From: an uncultured Nitrospinota bacterium
Lineage (GTDB): Bacteria; Tectomicrobia; Entotheonellia; J063; CAVPRW01
DNA: 64,000 nt
Direction: 5' to 3'
Assembly (NCBI GenBank): GCA_963707985.1
Contig: CAVPRW010000010.1
Location: 224,001-288,000, forward strand
Positions within the stretch are counted from its first letter, which is position 1, and each line of letters begins with the position of its first letter. Both the position numbers and the translations under genes were made by a program. Shown one piece after another: positions 53,996-64,000 of the stretch. Under the pieces are notes generated by a model. The model did no database searches and was not told the origin of the DNA. It saw only the letters and a program-made list of their open reading frames with translations.

Positions 53996-56900
53996 ATGCG
54001 CCACCCCCAGGAATCTTTCATGTTAGCGGACGATCCCTTGTGGTACAAGGATGCCGTCATCTATGAGCTCCACCCGCGTGCTTTCTTCGATAGCAATGGC
54101 GACGGGATTGGCGACTTCGAGGGGCTAGCGCAGAAGCTCGACTACCTCCAGGATCTCGGAGTCACGGCGATCTGGTTGCTGCCATTCTATCCCTCCCCCT
54201 TGAAAGACGACGGCTACGACATCGCAGACTATACCGATGTGCATCCATCCTACGGCACCTTGAACGACTTCAGAGAGTTTCTGCGCGAGGCGCATGCGCG
54301 GGGCTTACGTATCATCACCGAGCTGATCGTCAATCACACCTCCGACCAGCACCCCTGGTTCCAGCGCGCTCGTCGTGCCAAAGCCGGCAGTCGCTGGCGC
54401 AATTTCTACGTATGGAGCGATACGCCGGAAGAATACAAGGACGCGCGCATCATTTTCAAGGATTTCGAACCCTCTAATTGGGCCTGGGACTCCGTCGCCA
54501 AGGCCTATTACTGGCACCGCTTCTACGCTCATCAGCCCGACCTCAACTACGATAACCCTGAAGTCCGGCGTGCCATCCTGCATGTGGTCGATTTCTGGCT
54601 CAACATGGGGATCGACGGCCTGCGTCTCGACGCCGTGCCCTATCTCTACGAGCGCGATGGGACGAACTGCGAGAATCTCGCCGAGACACACGCCTTCTTG
54701 AAGGCGCTGCGGCAACATGTGGACCGTAAATTTAAGAATCGTATGCTGTTGGCCGAGGCCAACCAATGGCCGGAAGACGCCGTCGCCTACTTGGGAGATG
54801 GGGATGAATGCCACATGGCCTTTCACTTCCCGAGTATGCCACGGCTGTTTATGGCCATCCGCATGGAAAGCCGCTTTCCTATCATCGACATTCTGACCCA
54901 AACCCCGACCATCCCGGACACCTGTCAATGGGCGCTCTTCTTGCGCAATCACGATGAGCTGACGCTGGAGATGGTGACCGATGAGGAACGTGACTACATG
55001 TACCGGGTGTATGCTCACGATCCCCATGCGCGTATCAACCTGGGGATTCGGCGTCGATTGGCGCCGCTGTTGGGCAATGATCGTCGACGCATCGAGCTGA
55101 TGAACGCGTTGCTGTTCGCCTTGCCGGGTACTCCGGTGATATACTACGGCGATGAACTGCGCATGGGCGACAATTTTTACCTGGGCGATCGCAATGGCGT
55201 GCGCACTCCTATGCAGTGGAGCGCCGATCGCAACGCCGGCTTCTCCCGTGCCAATCCGCAACGGTTATACCTGCCGATCATAATCGACCCGGAATATCAC
55301 TACGAGGCGGTCAATGTTGAGGCCCAGCAGAACAATCCCCATTCGCTGCTGTGGTGGATGAAGCGTTTGATTGCCCTGCGCAAACGCTTCAAGGCATTTG
55401 GGCGCGGCACTTTAGAGTTCTTACATCCGGACAATCACAAAGTCCTGGCGTTCGTGCGGCGATATCAGGACGAGTGTGTGTTGGTGCTCGCCAATTTGTC
55501 GCGCTTTGTGCAAGGTGTCGAATTAGACCTGGCTCCATATAAAGGTCTGGTGCCGGTCGAGATCTTCGGACGTACCGAATTCCCGATAGTGGGCGAGGCG
55601 CCCTATTTCGTCACCATCGGTCCCCATGCGTTCTATTGGTTTGCTCTCGAGCCCCAGCGTCTCCCGGCAATAGCGCTGACGCCTCAGGAGGTGCGGCTGC
55701 CCATGCTGCAGATCACCGGTGCGTTGGAAAGTCTCTTTATTGGAGAGAGCAAGGTGGCGCTGGAGGCCATTTTGCCCACTTACCTCAAAGAGCGCCGCTG
55801 GTTTGGTGGCAAGGCCAGAAAGATGAAATCGGTGCAGCTGCTGGAGGCGATCCCGGTACCTTTAGAGCCCGCAGAAGCTTATATCACGCTGGTGCAGGTC
55901 GATTACGCCGAAGGTGACCCCGACCTCTATGTGCTGCCGCTCACTGCCGCCTTCGGCGAGGACGCGGAGCGCATGCGAGAAGGCTTCCCCCATCCCTTAC
56001 TGGCTAATCTGCAAGTGACCGGGAGAAGTGGGCACCCGCCGGAGGTAGGGATTCTCTACGATGCCCTCTACGAAAAAAGCTTCAGTTCGCTCTTGCTGGA
56101 CCTTATCTTGCGGCACCGCCGACTGCGTGGCATCAACGGTGATATCCAGGCCTCTTCAACACACGCCTTGCGTCACTTGTCTCATGACCCGGCAGTGCCA
56201 CTCGACCCGAGCGTGATGAAGGTGGAGCAAAGTAATACCTCCGTGGTCTATGGGGGACAGGTGATCCTCAAAATGTTCAGACGCACCGATGAAGGGGTCA
56301 ATCCCGAACTCGAGATCGGACGGTTTTTGACGGAGACAGCGAAATTTGGCAATGTCCCTCTGGTGGTTGGCGCCATTGAATATCGGCGCAAGGGTGAGGC
56401 ATCGATGTCCCTGGGGATCCTGCAACAATTTGTGCCAAACGTCGGGGATGCCTGGAACTACACTCTCGATAGTCTTAGCCACTACTTCGAGCGTGCCTTG
56501 GCACAGCCAGAGGCTCAAGTCCCAGGGACCACACAACCTCCCGTGCTTGACCTCTTGAACAATGAGATTCCAGTGATAGCCCGAGAACTGATCGATGCCT
56601 ATCTGGAATCAGCTCGTCTGCTTGGGCAACGCACGGCCGAGTTGCATAAGGCGCTGGCCTCGTCGACTGATGACCCGAGTTTTGCGCCAGAGCCTTTTTC
56701 GATGCTCCTCCAGCGCTCCATCTATCAATCCATGCAAAGTCACGTGAGTCAAGTCTTCCCATGGCTCCGCGCCCGCCTCAAGCAACTATCCGACGGCCTG
56801 CGAGAGGACGCCCAGCGGGTCCTCGACCTGGAAGGAGAAATTCGCCGCCGCTACCGCTCCCTGCTGCAACGCAAGCTCAACACCATGCGCATACGTGTGC

Positions 56901-57352
56901 ACGGCGACTATCATCTGGGGCAAGTGCTCTATACAGGCAGGGATTTCGTCATCATCGACTTCGAAGGAGAGCCCGCCCGGCCGTTGAGTGAACGTCGCAT
57001 CAAGCGCTCACCGCTGCGCGACGTGGCGGGAATGCTGCGGTCGTTTCACTACGCTTCCTACATGGCCCTCTTCGGCCAGGTCCGCGGTATTCGCCCAGAG
57101 GACTTTCCGGCCCTCGAGCCATGGGCGCATTTCTGGTATACCTGGGTCAGTGTCGCCTTTCTCAAAGCCTATCTCGCGGTCGCGAAGGATGAGCCCTTCT
57201 TGCCCAAAGATCCCATTGAGCTTCAGGTGCTGATGGATGCCTATCTGCTGGCGAAGGCCGTGTACGAGTTGGGGTATGAGCTCAACACCCGTCCAGAATG
57301 GCTGAAAGTCCCCCTGCAAGGGCTTTTACAGCTAGTGGTGGCTGCCCGATGA
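53996..57352 (+). CDS. treS: trehalose synthase-maltokinase fusion (TreS-Mak/Pep2)
   Basis: LRLDAVPYL, LRNHDELTLE; C-terminal EQSNTS, HGDYHLGQ, IIDFEGEP. Confidence 0.97.
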   Translation: MRHPQESFMLADDPLWYKDAVIYELHPRAFFDSNGDGIGDFEGLAQKLDYLQDLGVTAIWLLPFYPSPLKDDGYDIADYTDVHPSYGTLNDFREFLREAHARGLRIITELIVNHTSDQHPWFQRARRAKAGSRWRNFYVWSDTPEEYKDARIIFKDFEPSNWAWDSVAKAYYWHRFYAHQPDLNYDNPEVRRAILHVVDFWLNMGIDGLRLDAVPYLYERDGTNCENLAETHAFLKALRQHVDRKFKNRMLLAEANQWPEDAVAYLGDGDECHMAFHFPSMPRLFMAIRMESRFPIIDILTQTPTIPDTCQWALFLRNHDELTLEMVTDEERDYMYRVYAHDPHARINLGIRRRLAPLLGNDRRRIELMNALLFALPGTPVIYYGDELRMGDNFYLGDRNGVRTPMQWSADRNAGFSRANPQRLYLPIIIDPEYHYEAVNVEAQQNNPHSLLWWMKRLIALRKRFKAFGRGTLEFLHPDNHKVLAFVRRYQDECVLVLANLSRFVQGVELDLAPYKGLVPVEIFGRTEFPIVGEAPYFVTIGPHAFYWFALEPQRLPAIALTPQEVRLPMLQITGALESLFIGESKVALEAILPTYLKERRWFGGKARKMKSVQLLEAIPVPLEPAEAYITLVQVDYAEGDPDLYVLPLTAAFGEDAERMREGFPHPLLANLQVTGRSGHPPEVGILYDALYEKSFSSLLLDLILRHRRLRGINGDIQASSTHALRHLSHDPAVPLDPSVMKVEQSNTSVVYGGQVILKMFRRTDEGVNPELEIGRFLTETAKFGNVPLVVGAIEYRRKGEASMSLGILQQFVPNVGDAWNYTLDSLSHYFERALAQPEAQVPGTTQPPVLDLLNNEIPVIARELIDAYLESARLLGQRTAELHKALASSTDDPSFAPEPFSMLLQRSIYQSMQSHVSQVFPWLRARLKQLSDGLREDAQRVLDLEGEIRRRYRSLLQRKLNTMRIRVHGDYHLGQVLYTGRDFVIIDFEGEPARPLSERRIKRSPLRDVAGMLRSFHYASYMALFGQVRGIRPEDFPALEPWAHFWYTWVSVAFLKAYLAVAKDEPFLPKDPIELQVLMDAYLLAKAVYELGYELNTRPEWLKVPLQGLLQLVVAAR

Positions 57353-57459
57353 GTGGGGATTTCCTTGGGACATTGTCGCTCGCAGGGGGCATGAAGGGAT
57401 GTGCTGAAAGCTGCTCCGCTGTGCGATGCAGGTTCATAGATGTTAGCGCCTGGCGGCAG

Positions 57460-58902
57460 ATGATGCCCTATTTGGAAAGACTGCAATCTGTAGTGACACC
57501 GTGGCTACAGCGATTGGTGCGACCATTTGTGCACCTCGTGATCTGGATGGCTGTGCTCGAGGCTGGGGCAGCCATGGCGATGGAGCCTATAACGCTCCAC
57601 ATTCCATCGACCACCGTGGGCTTGTCGAACGGCTTGAGAGTGGTAGTATCCGCCAAACACAAGCTGCCGATGGTGTCAATCAGTGTCCGTGTTAGGGTGG
57701 GCTCAGCCGACGACCCCGAGGAGGAGTCAGGGCTTGCCGCAATGACGGTTCGCCTTATGGATAAAGGCACGACCCATCGGACAGCCTCGGCTATCGCCGA
57801 TGAAATCGATTTTCTGGGAGCGCATCTGGATGCCAGTGCAGGAGGGACGGGGAGCACTGTAGCGCTCTCGGTGTTGGCCAAGGATGTCGAGCACGGCCTC
57901 GATCTATTGGCCGATCTCCTGCAACACTCCCGCTTCGATGGCGCTGAATTGGAGCGGGAGCGGACCCAGACGCTGTCGGAGATTCACCAACAACGGTCGG
58001 AGCCGGACGAGGTGGTCTCGCAGGTCTTTCGGGAAACATTGTATGCCGGCCATCCCCTGCATCGACCTGTCTCCGGGTACGCCCATACTGTATCCCGGAT
58101 CACACGCGAGGATGTCGTGTCTTTTCATCAGCGTTTTTACGTCCCGAACAATACGATCGTGGTCATGGTGGGTGCTCTCCCAGAGGAGCACATGCTGGAG
58201 CTGATCCAGCGTTATTTCAGCACCTGGCCAACGCAGCCACTGGCACCCTCATTGCTACCACAACCGACCCCAACCTCAGGGAAACAGGTGCGCGTGGTCG
58301 ATATGGATGTGAACCAGTGTTATATCCAGTGGGGACACCTATCGGTCCGCCGGGACGATCCCGAGTTTGCGGCCATCCGTGGGATGAACTACATCCTCGG
58401 CGGTGGAGAGTTAGTGTCGCGCTTGATGGGCGTGATTCGCGAGCAACAAGGGCTGGCCTACGCGGTGAGCTCGGAGTTCGTCGGTGGGGGCCAATATCCG
58501 GGTTTCTTTGTCGCAGAGTTACAGACCGCCATCCCGACCACGGCGCAGGCACTGACGAACTTGATTGCGGTGATCGAGGGTCTGCAGCACACCCCCATAA
58601 CTCCTGAAGAATTATCCGATATGCAGCGCTATTACGAAGGCAGTCTCCCGGCGCGGGCCGAGACGTATGAACAGGTGACGGAACTGCTCATCGATCGAGA
58701 ATTTTTTGGGCTTGCCGATGGCTACTGGGAGGCGGAGATCCGCCAGATTCAGCAATTGACGGCCGAGGCTATACAACAACTCGCCCTGCGCTACCTCGAC
58801 ATTAACAACTTTGTCCTTGCCCTCGTGACTAAACGATCCGACCTCAATCTTGCCGATGCTCCCATCCCCGCCGAGGCGATCCGCGAGGTCCTCGTGCCTT
58901 GA
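57460..58902 (+). CDS. M16-family peptidase, non-catalytic-type subunit
   Basis: LSNGLRV, GSADDP, REQQGLAY; HxxEH replaced by AMTVR; start uncertain. Confidence 0.85.
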   Translation: MMPYLERLQSVVTPWLQRLVRPFVHLVIWMAVLEAGAAMAMEPITLHIPSTTVGLSNGLRVVVSAKHKLPMVSISVRVRVGSADDPEEESGLAAMTVRLMDKGTTHRTASAIADEIDFLGAHLDASAGGTGSTVALSVLAKDVEHGLDLLADLLQHSRFDGAELERERTQTLSEIHQQRSEPDEVVSQVFRETLYAGHPLHRPVSGYAHTVSRITREDVVSFHQRFYVPNNTIVVMVGALPEEHMLELIQRYFSTWPTQPLAPSLLPQPTPTSGKQVRVVDMDVNQCYIQWGHLSVRRDDPEFAAIRGMNYILGGGELVSRLMGVIREQQGLAYAVSSEFVGGGQYPGFFVAELQTAIPTTAQALTNLIAVIEGLQHTPITPEELSDMQRYYEGSLPARAETYEQVTELLIDREFFGLADGYWEAEIRQIQQLTAEAIQQLALRYLDINNFVLALVTKRSDLNLADAPIPAEAIREVLVP

Positions 58903-59135
58903 TCGAAAAATCAATCGCTTGCGACCGGTAACCTTCCTGTTTTCAGTCGTTTTCGACAAAGCTCTATCGGGAGCTCCCCACGTGGCTCCGTTACCGACAC
59001 ATGTACGGCCCTCATGGGGAACGCCCGATAGAAGCCTTCTGCGATATGCAGTGCACCGCCTCTTCGCGGGGGTCCATAATCCCCATTCAGCAGAGCTGCA
59101 TATCGCTCATCTTGCCTGGTGCCGGGACCCGGGGA

Positions 59136-60002
59136 TTAACGGGGCACCATGTTGGGGGTGGGTTCTGCTGGGAGCGGTTGTGCGTCCATTTCTCGCGCCC
59201 GCTTTTCCAACGCTGGTATGAGGGCATTCACGACGTCCTGGTCATAGTCTGCGGCCACGCCCGGGTAGCCAGCCCGCTGGATCATGTCCCGGAGCTTCCC
59301 GCTCTTGAACTGCTCCAGCGTCCACCCCAGTGGGTCGGGCACCAACGTCTTGTCCCAGAAGATGCGGTGGTTCTTGTTCCTGGGTCCGTAGTGATAGTGT
59401 GGAGCTTGGCGGAAGCAGTCGAAGGCCAGCAATTCGGTTTCTTCCATGTACGTGCGACCAGGCGTTCCCGCCAGGTCGGCTAACACGTGGATCGCCAGAC
59501 CGCCGTCTCCGCCAGCCTGCTTCCGCATCTCCAGGCCAAACCGGAAGTTCCCTGCCTCGAACATGTCAGTACCGCGATTGTGCTTGACGGTATTTCTGCC
59601 GGTGGCAAAGATTTCACGGGCGTTGGATTCGACCTCAGGGAGTTTTTGCGAGACCGCTTGAGCATCAACTTTGTTCGCAACGTCCTCGTATCCGGAGGCC
59701 CGAAGCATGTCAGGAAGCTTGTGTTTCAGCTGCTTCACCGACCAGCCGATGGGGTTGCCGTCTACCGTGGGATCCATGCGGCAGAGTTTGTTCATCGTCT
59801 CGGGACCATACACATAGCTGCGCTCGAGGTCGAAACAGTTGAATCGCAGCAACTCCGTCTCTTCCCCCCCAACCTCTCCTGTGACCAGAATAGCCACGCC
59901 CTGGTCGGAGTGGTCGTCGACGTTACCGTCCCAAAGCTCGTGCTGGACTACGAGACTCACAGCGCCTGCATCAAACGTGGTTCGACGAGTGAATTGTGCC
60001 AT
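59136..60002 (-). CDS. hypothetical protein made of two homologous domains
   Basis: G.AI.V...ETELL.F.CF....Y.YGP...W...Q...L.DM...GY occurs twice; GGAGG RBS. Confidence 0.75.
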   Translation of the reverse strand: MAQFTRRTTFDAGAVSLVVQHELWDGNVDDHSDQGVAILVTGEVGGEETELLRFNCFDLERSYVYGPETMNKLCRMDPTVDGNPIGWSVKQLKHKLPDMLRASGYEDVANKVDAQAVSQKLPEVESNAREIFATGRNTVKHNRGTDMFEAGNFRFGLEMRKQAGGDGGLAIHVLADLAGTPGRTYMEETELLAFDCFRQAPHYHYGPRNKNHRIFWDKTLVPDPLGWTLEQFKSGKLRDMIQRAGYPGVAADYDQDVVNALIPALEKRAREMDAQPLPAEPTPNMVPR

Positions 60003-60353
60003 GGGCAAACCTCCATAATGTCAGCTGCATTTGTTGGGACCAGTGGCACTATACCAGACAGCGACTTCTCTAGCGAACACGCCGACCCCCAGGGTAATCG
60101 CTTAAGCAGAACCTCCCCGAGCGTTCATCGGTAGCAGTGTAGTTGCTGTAGGGTGCCCTTGTCCCTGAACTTCCCTCCCTATAGGGATGAGAGCTATTAT
60201 ATCACGAATGTTGTCAGCAGCTCAGTTCAAATTGAGGACGAAAAGGCTTTACTCCGGTATGAGGGGAAACTCGTTGAATCGCCTCGCTGGTGTCACAGAG
60301 CCAGAGCAGGAGCACATGCGCCTGGCTTTTCTCCATTCGACGCAAGACGTATA

Positions 60354-60560
60354 CCCCATATGGTCACACAACTCATGCGGCTTCACGCGCGTAGTATTTC
60401 AGCAGCCCGCCCAGCCGTTCGCGACACCGGCTCGGGCCTTCACGCCCCCCGTATAGGCTGGACGAAGGAAAAAGCAGGACATTCCCTGCCCTTGATGGTT
60501 TCTCTCGCGATGATACTGCTCCACATACTCGAGAAGCGCGTGGTGGAGAGACGCTTCACC
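60354..60560 (-). mobile_element. 3' remnant of the same IS family as 34274-35665
   Basis: Minus strand encodes EYVEQYHRERNHQG...RERLGGLLKYYAREAA*, followed by GAGTTGTGTGACCATATGGG. Confidence 0.8.
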
Positions 60561-60578
60561 GCGGAGCCGGAGGAAAAA

Positions 60579-62439
60579 TTAGGGCACGAGGTTGATATAC
60601 GGCTTGGTGAAAACCTCCCAGGAATCGTTAGCAGCCTGGTATCGGGAGTTCACGAACACGCGCCAGTTCGTATCGTCGAGTTCGGGGTAATCGGCGCGAT
60701 AGTAATACCCTGGCCAGCGGGTTTCCTGACGGTGGAGCAGATGCCGCAGATGAATTTCCCCAACCCAGGTACGATGCCACAGCTCCCAGCAGCGCAGGAG
60801 CTCGTGCAGGCTCCGCGCTCCCAGGTGTTGGAGATCAGCACGTAACAGTTGAATGAGCTCGATCCCCCGTTGCAACAGCGGAGCATTGGTGGTGTACCAG
60901 GCGGATGTCCCCGCAGCATACTCGTCCATGATTTTCTGTAAGCGCACCAGCCCTTGTTTGGGGGTGATGTAATGCGGGTTCACCGCCTCGGCGGTCGACG
61001 CCCCATGATGGGCCGCAAACGTCTCCAGTGGCGCCCAGATTGCCGCCTGGAGTTGGCGAATTGCACGGTCGCTGAGCGTGGGAGCAGTGGAGTGGTCCAG
61101 GACATAGCGCACCGCTGCTTTCGCGGCTAACCGGCCCTCGGTAAAGGAGCCCGAGGAGAACTTGTGCGGGGCAGCGCCCACGCCGTCCCCAGCGGCGAAG
61201 AGCCCCTGGATGCTGGTCATCTTGTTATAACCCCAGAAGTATGCAGGCGGGGATAAGTCCTCCGGGCCACTCACCCAGGCACCTGCCTCGCCGGAGTGCG
61301 ATCCCATGATGTAGGGCTCGGCTAGGACGATTTCCGACGGGGTGACCTCTGGGGCAATATTCTGTGCCGCCCAAGTCAACGCCTGCGCGATCGTCATGTC
61401 GAGGAAATCCTCCCAGGCTTCCGCACGCACCTGGTCCATCTTGGCAGGGTCCCCTTGTGACAGCTTTTGCATGGCCTCTTCGGTGCGCATATAGATCGGG
61501 CCACGTCCCCCACGCACATCCATGAACATCTGGTGATTCCGCAAGGGCGTCGGGGTCGGGATGGCCGATCCGTACGGTTCATATTTCTTTAACTCGTCGG
61601 CGTGTGTGACAGTGTAGTCCTCACCATAGGCATTGGTCGCCCGAGCATGGAAATACTGAAACCACATACCTACCGGCCCGTAGCCGTCTTTGAATCGCGT
61701 TGGCACGAAGCGATGTTCCATTTGCGTCATTTCCGTACCGATCGGGATCATCAGACCATAGGCGGAACCGGTGGCAAACACCGAGTACCAGGTACGCCCC
61801 AGGCCTTCTTCGGTCGAGCGCGGTCGGAAGACGTTGGAAGAACCGCCACTGGCGATGATGACCGCCTTAGCCTTGAACACGTAGAAGGTGTTTTCCCGTA
61901 CCGCAAAGCCAACCGCCCCGGCGATGCGCCCGGCATCATTGGCATCGGTCACCAAGTGGGTGATGGCGATACGCTCATAGAGATTCCCTTCTCCCAGGGC
62001 TTTGCGGGCCGGTTCCGCGGTAATGGGCTTGATCGACTCACCATGAATCGGAATTTGCCATCGACCGATACGTTCGTACTGACCGTTGTCCTTCTTCCAG
62101 ATGGGTAAGCCCCACTCTTCCAGCAGGTGCACCGACGAATCGACATGGCGGCCCACATCATAGACTAGATCTTCCCGCGCCAGCCCCATCATATCGTTGA
62201 CCACATATTTCACAAAGTCTTCCGGCGTGTTCCAGCCGTAGCGCTGCCCCATGTAGCAGTTAATGGCGGAAAGGCCCTCGCCAGTGGCGCCGCTACGCTC
62301 GATGACGGCCTTTTCGACCATTACAACGCGCAAGTCCTTCCCCCAGTACTTGCGCCTCGAACGCTGCACCACAACCGGCCATACCACCGCCAATGATGAG
62401 GATGTCACACTCTACCGTTTGCGTATTTGGTGCTGCCAT
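60579..62439 (-). CDS. aprA: adenylylsulfate reductase alpha subunit (1-bp frameshift near 62352)
   Basis: DILIIGGGMAGCG, GLSAINCY, WQIPIHGES, RFKDGYGPVG, HKFSSGS, ETRWPGYY. Confidence 0.93.
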
Positions 62440-62490
62440 GTCGCCTGTGTCCTCCAATCTTCGCTCTCTGTGTTCTCCCAACTGAGGAGC

Positions 62491-62943
62491 CTAGCGGGGG
62501 TTAAGAGTCGGTAATCTGTCAACGCCGAGCCAACGAGATTCACCCGCCAGCGTCTGATTTCGCAAGTCTTGCGCCGGGTCTTCATTGAAGTTCCGATAAG
62601 GCTCGCTGGAGCCGACCGGGGTGGACCGGGACGGATAAGTAAAACGTAATTCACGGCCATCTCGAAACTTCACTGTCCAGGTGAGCCCTTGTTCCACTCG
62701 TTTGGGTTGGACGCTCGCTCCGAGAGGGACAAAATCGGCATAACCTCGCACAAAGATGGCTTCCTGGGGACAGAGCTTGACGCAGGCGTAGCACTCGGAG
62801 CACATCTCAGGCTCCTGATTGAAACCCTTCTCGGTGTCCGAGCTGAGGACCATCAGGTCATTGGGACAGATGTACACACACAATGGTCCCTGATCGACGC
62901 CTGCGCAAGCATTGCAGGCGTGTGGATCGACATAGGTTGGCAT
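62491..62943 (-). CDS. aprB: adenylylsulfate reductase beta subunit
   Basis: MPTYV, CNAC...CVYICPNDLM, ECYACVKLCP, RGYADFVP. Confidence 0.95.
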   Translation of the reverse strand: MPTYVDPHACNACAGVDQGPLCVYICPNDLMVLSSDTEKGFNQEPEMCSECYACVKLCPQEAIFVRGYADFVPLGASVQPKRVEQGLTWTVKFRDGRELRFTYPSRSTPVGSSEPYRNFNEDPAQDLRNQTLAGESRWLGVDRLPTLNPR

Positions 62944-64000
62944 GTGTTCCTCCATCATCGGCTTGTCAGATTGGGCACACAGGCCACAACCGTGATCCTG
63001 TGCACGAAGATGTCGAGTGATCGTGCCCTCCTCCGGACGCCCTCCAGGTTATCCTGGCTCCGTCGGGTGGCCCACCTCACCCAGCCTTTCCCCTCAGTGG
63101 GTGAAGGTTCGGGAGGGGGGTGAAACCGCGACGTACAATACCAAGTCAGCGGACATGTCAGCCAAGGGGTAAGGTCACTGCACAGGTATAACACAGATTG
63201 TGTCATACCTCCACCGCTGGAGGGCTTCTCAGCAGGAGTGGCAAGAGCGATCTGGTGTCCCCTATTCGGACGCTCAGGTCTGTTGCTGTTGATAAGTAAT
63301 GGAGCTTGATGGTTTCTCTTCTCGGCCCTGCCCTTTCTAGGGTAGAATGATCAATGTCTACAGGCTTCCTCCCAGATCTTTACTGAGGGGAACTGGTTGT
63401 CGTCGGCTGCCATGGACCTCTACTCCAGCTGAGCTAGCGTCTGAGGATAGGGTTCGTGTGTGGAAGCAGATAGCATCGGGGACGCCGAGATACATGTCGT
63501 GAGATGATCAGAACGGGTCACGACCAGTCTTCAGGAGGAATTCGCACATGACACAGCATACTCCGGAGCGACCGCCGTGGGATGAGACACTTCGCCAGGC
63601 TTTCGCCCATCCACGCCACGCTGCAGGGCAATTCGCCCAGTGTACACGGACTCCAGCCGACGCGTGGGAGTTCCTGGCGCAACTTGATGGCGCCGCCGAC
63701 GATGCTGCGCAGCACTGGCCGCGACGGACAGAACATGCCTGTATCCCAGGATGTTTCTTTTGCTGCTTTCTGTGGATAGACGCCATGCCGCTGGAGGTGC
63801 TCCGCATTGCTGCCTACCTCCAACGAACCGCGTCCCCGGGCGACCTTGCCGAGGTGCGCCGACGCCTGCTCGATCGCCTTTCCGCTCCCATCGGGGAACG
63901 CCCGTGTGGGTTGCTCACTGCCGAGGGTCGCTGCGCCGTGTATGCCATACGGCCGATGACCTGCCGCGGGTTCCATTCCTTCTCCAAATCCGCCTGCCAG

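Noticed and set aside
59041..59106. 11-bp inverted repeat GCGATATGCAG/CTGCATATCGC between convergent genes
   Set aside because: Could be a terminator or REP-like element, but it has a long loop, no U-tract and a single copy.
63070..64000. ORFs at the right edge and a REP-like sequence near 63080-63120
   Set aside because: No recognisable protein motifs in any frame; the repeat is single and imperfect.

Overview
High-GC bacterial window in three parts. (1) 1-24100 is decayed accessory DNA: a truncated trans-AT PKS remnant, an SDR, lptF and a degenerate group II intron. These are followed by a minus-strand integron cassette array with about 8-9 attC sites and no integrase in the window (CALIN). 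The cassettes include three TA pairs, a DUF4238 protein, a Shedu-like nuclease and a PycTM-like membrane protein. One attC is split by a group IIC-attC intron that itself carries ISL3 and IS701. Another attC holds a MITE, and the Shedu-like gene is split by ISAzo13. (2) 24100-43460 holds housekeeping-like genes, an orphan HPr-kinase/nucleotidyltransferase pair and CusF. It then has a defence-type island: half cas6 + HEPN/MNT, three RxxxxH proteins, and a frameshifted N6-MTase with a PD-(D/E)xK partner, ending at an IS6. (3) 43550-64000 is a glgB-treZ-treY-glgE-treS/mak cluster with an encapsulin/ferritin-like pair inserted inside it, followed by an M16 peptidase subunit and aprBA. The most striking pattern is that the decayed mobile elements differ from their family consensus motifs almost entirely by A:T->C:G transversions. 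All calls come from reading motifs by eye; no database searches were run. Several 1-bp frameshifts may be sequencing errors.
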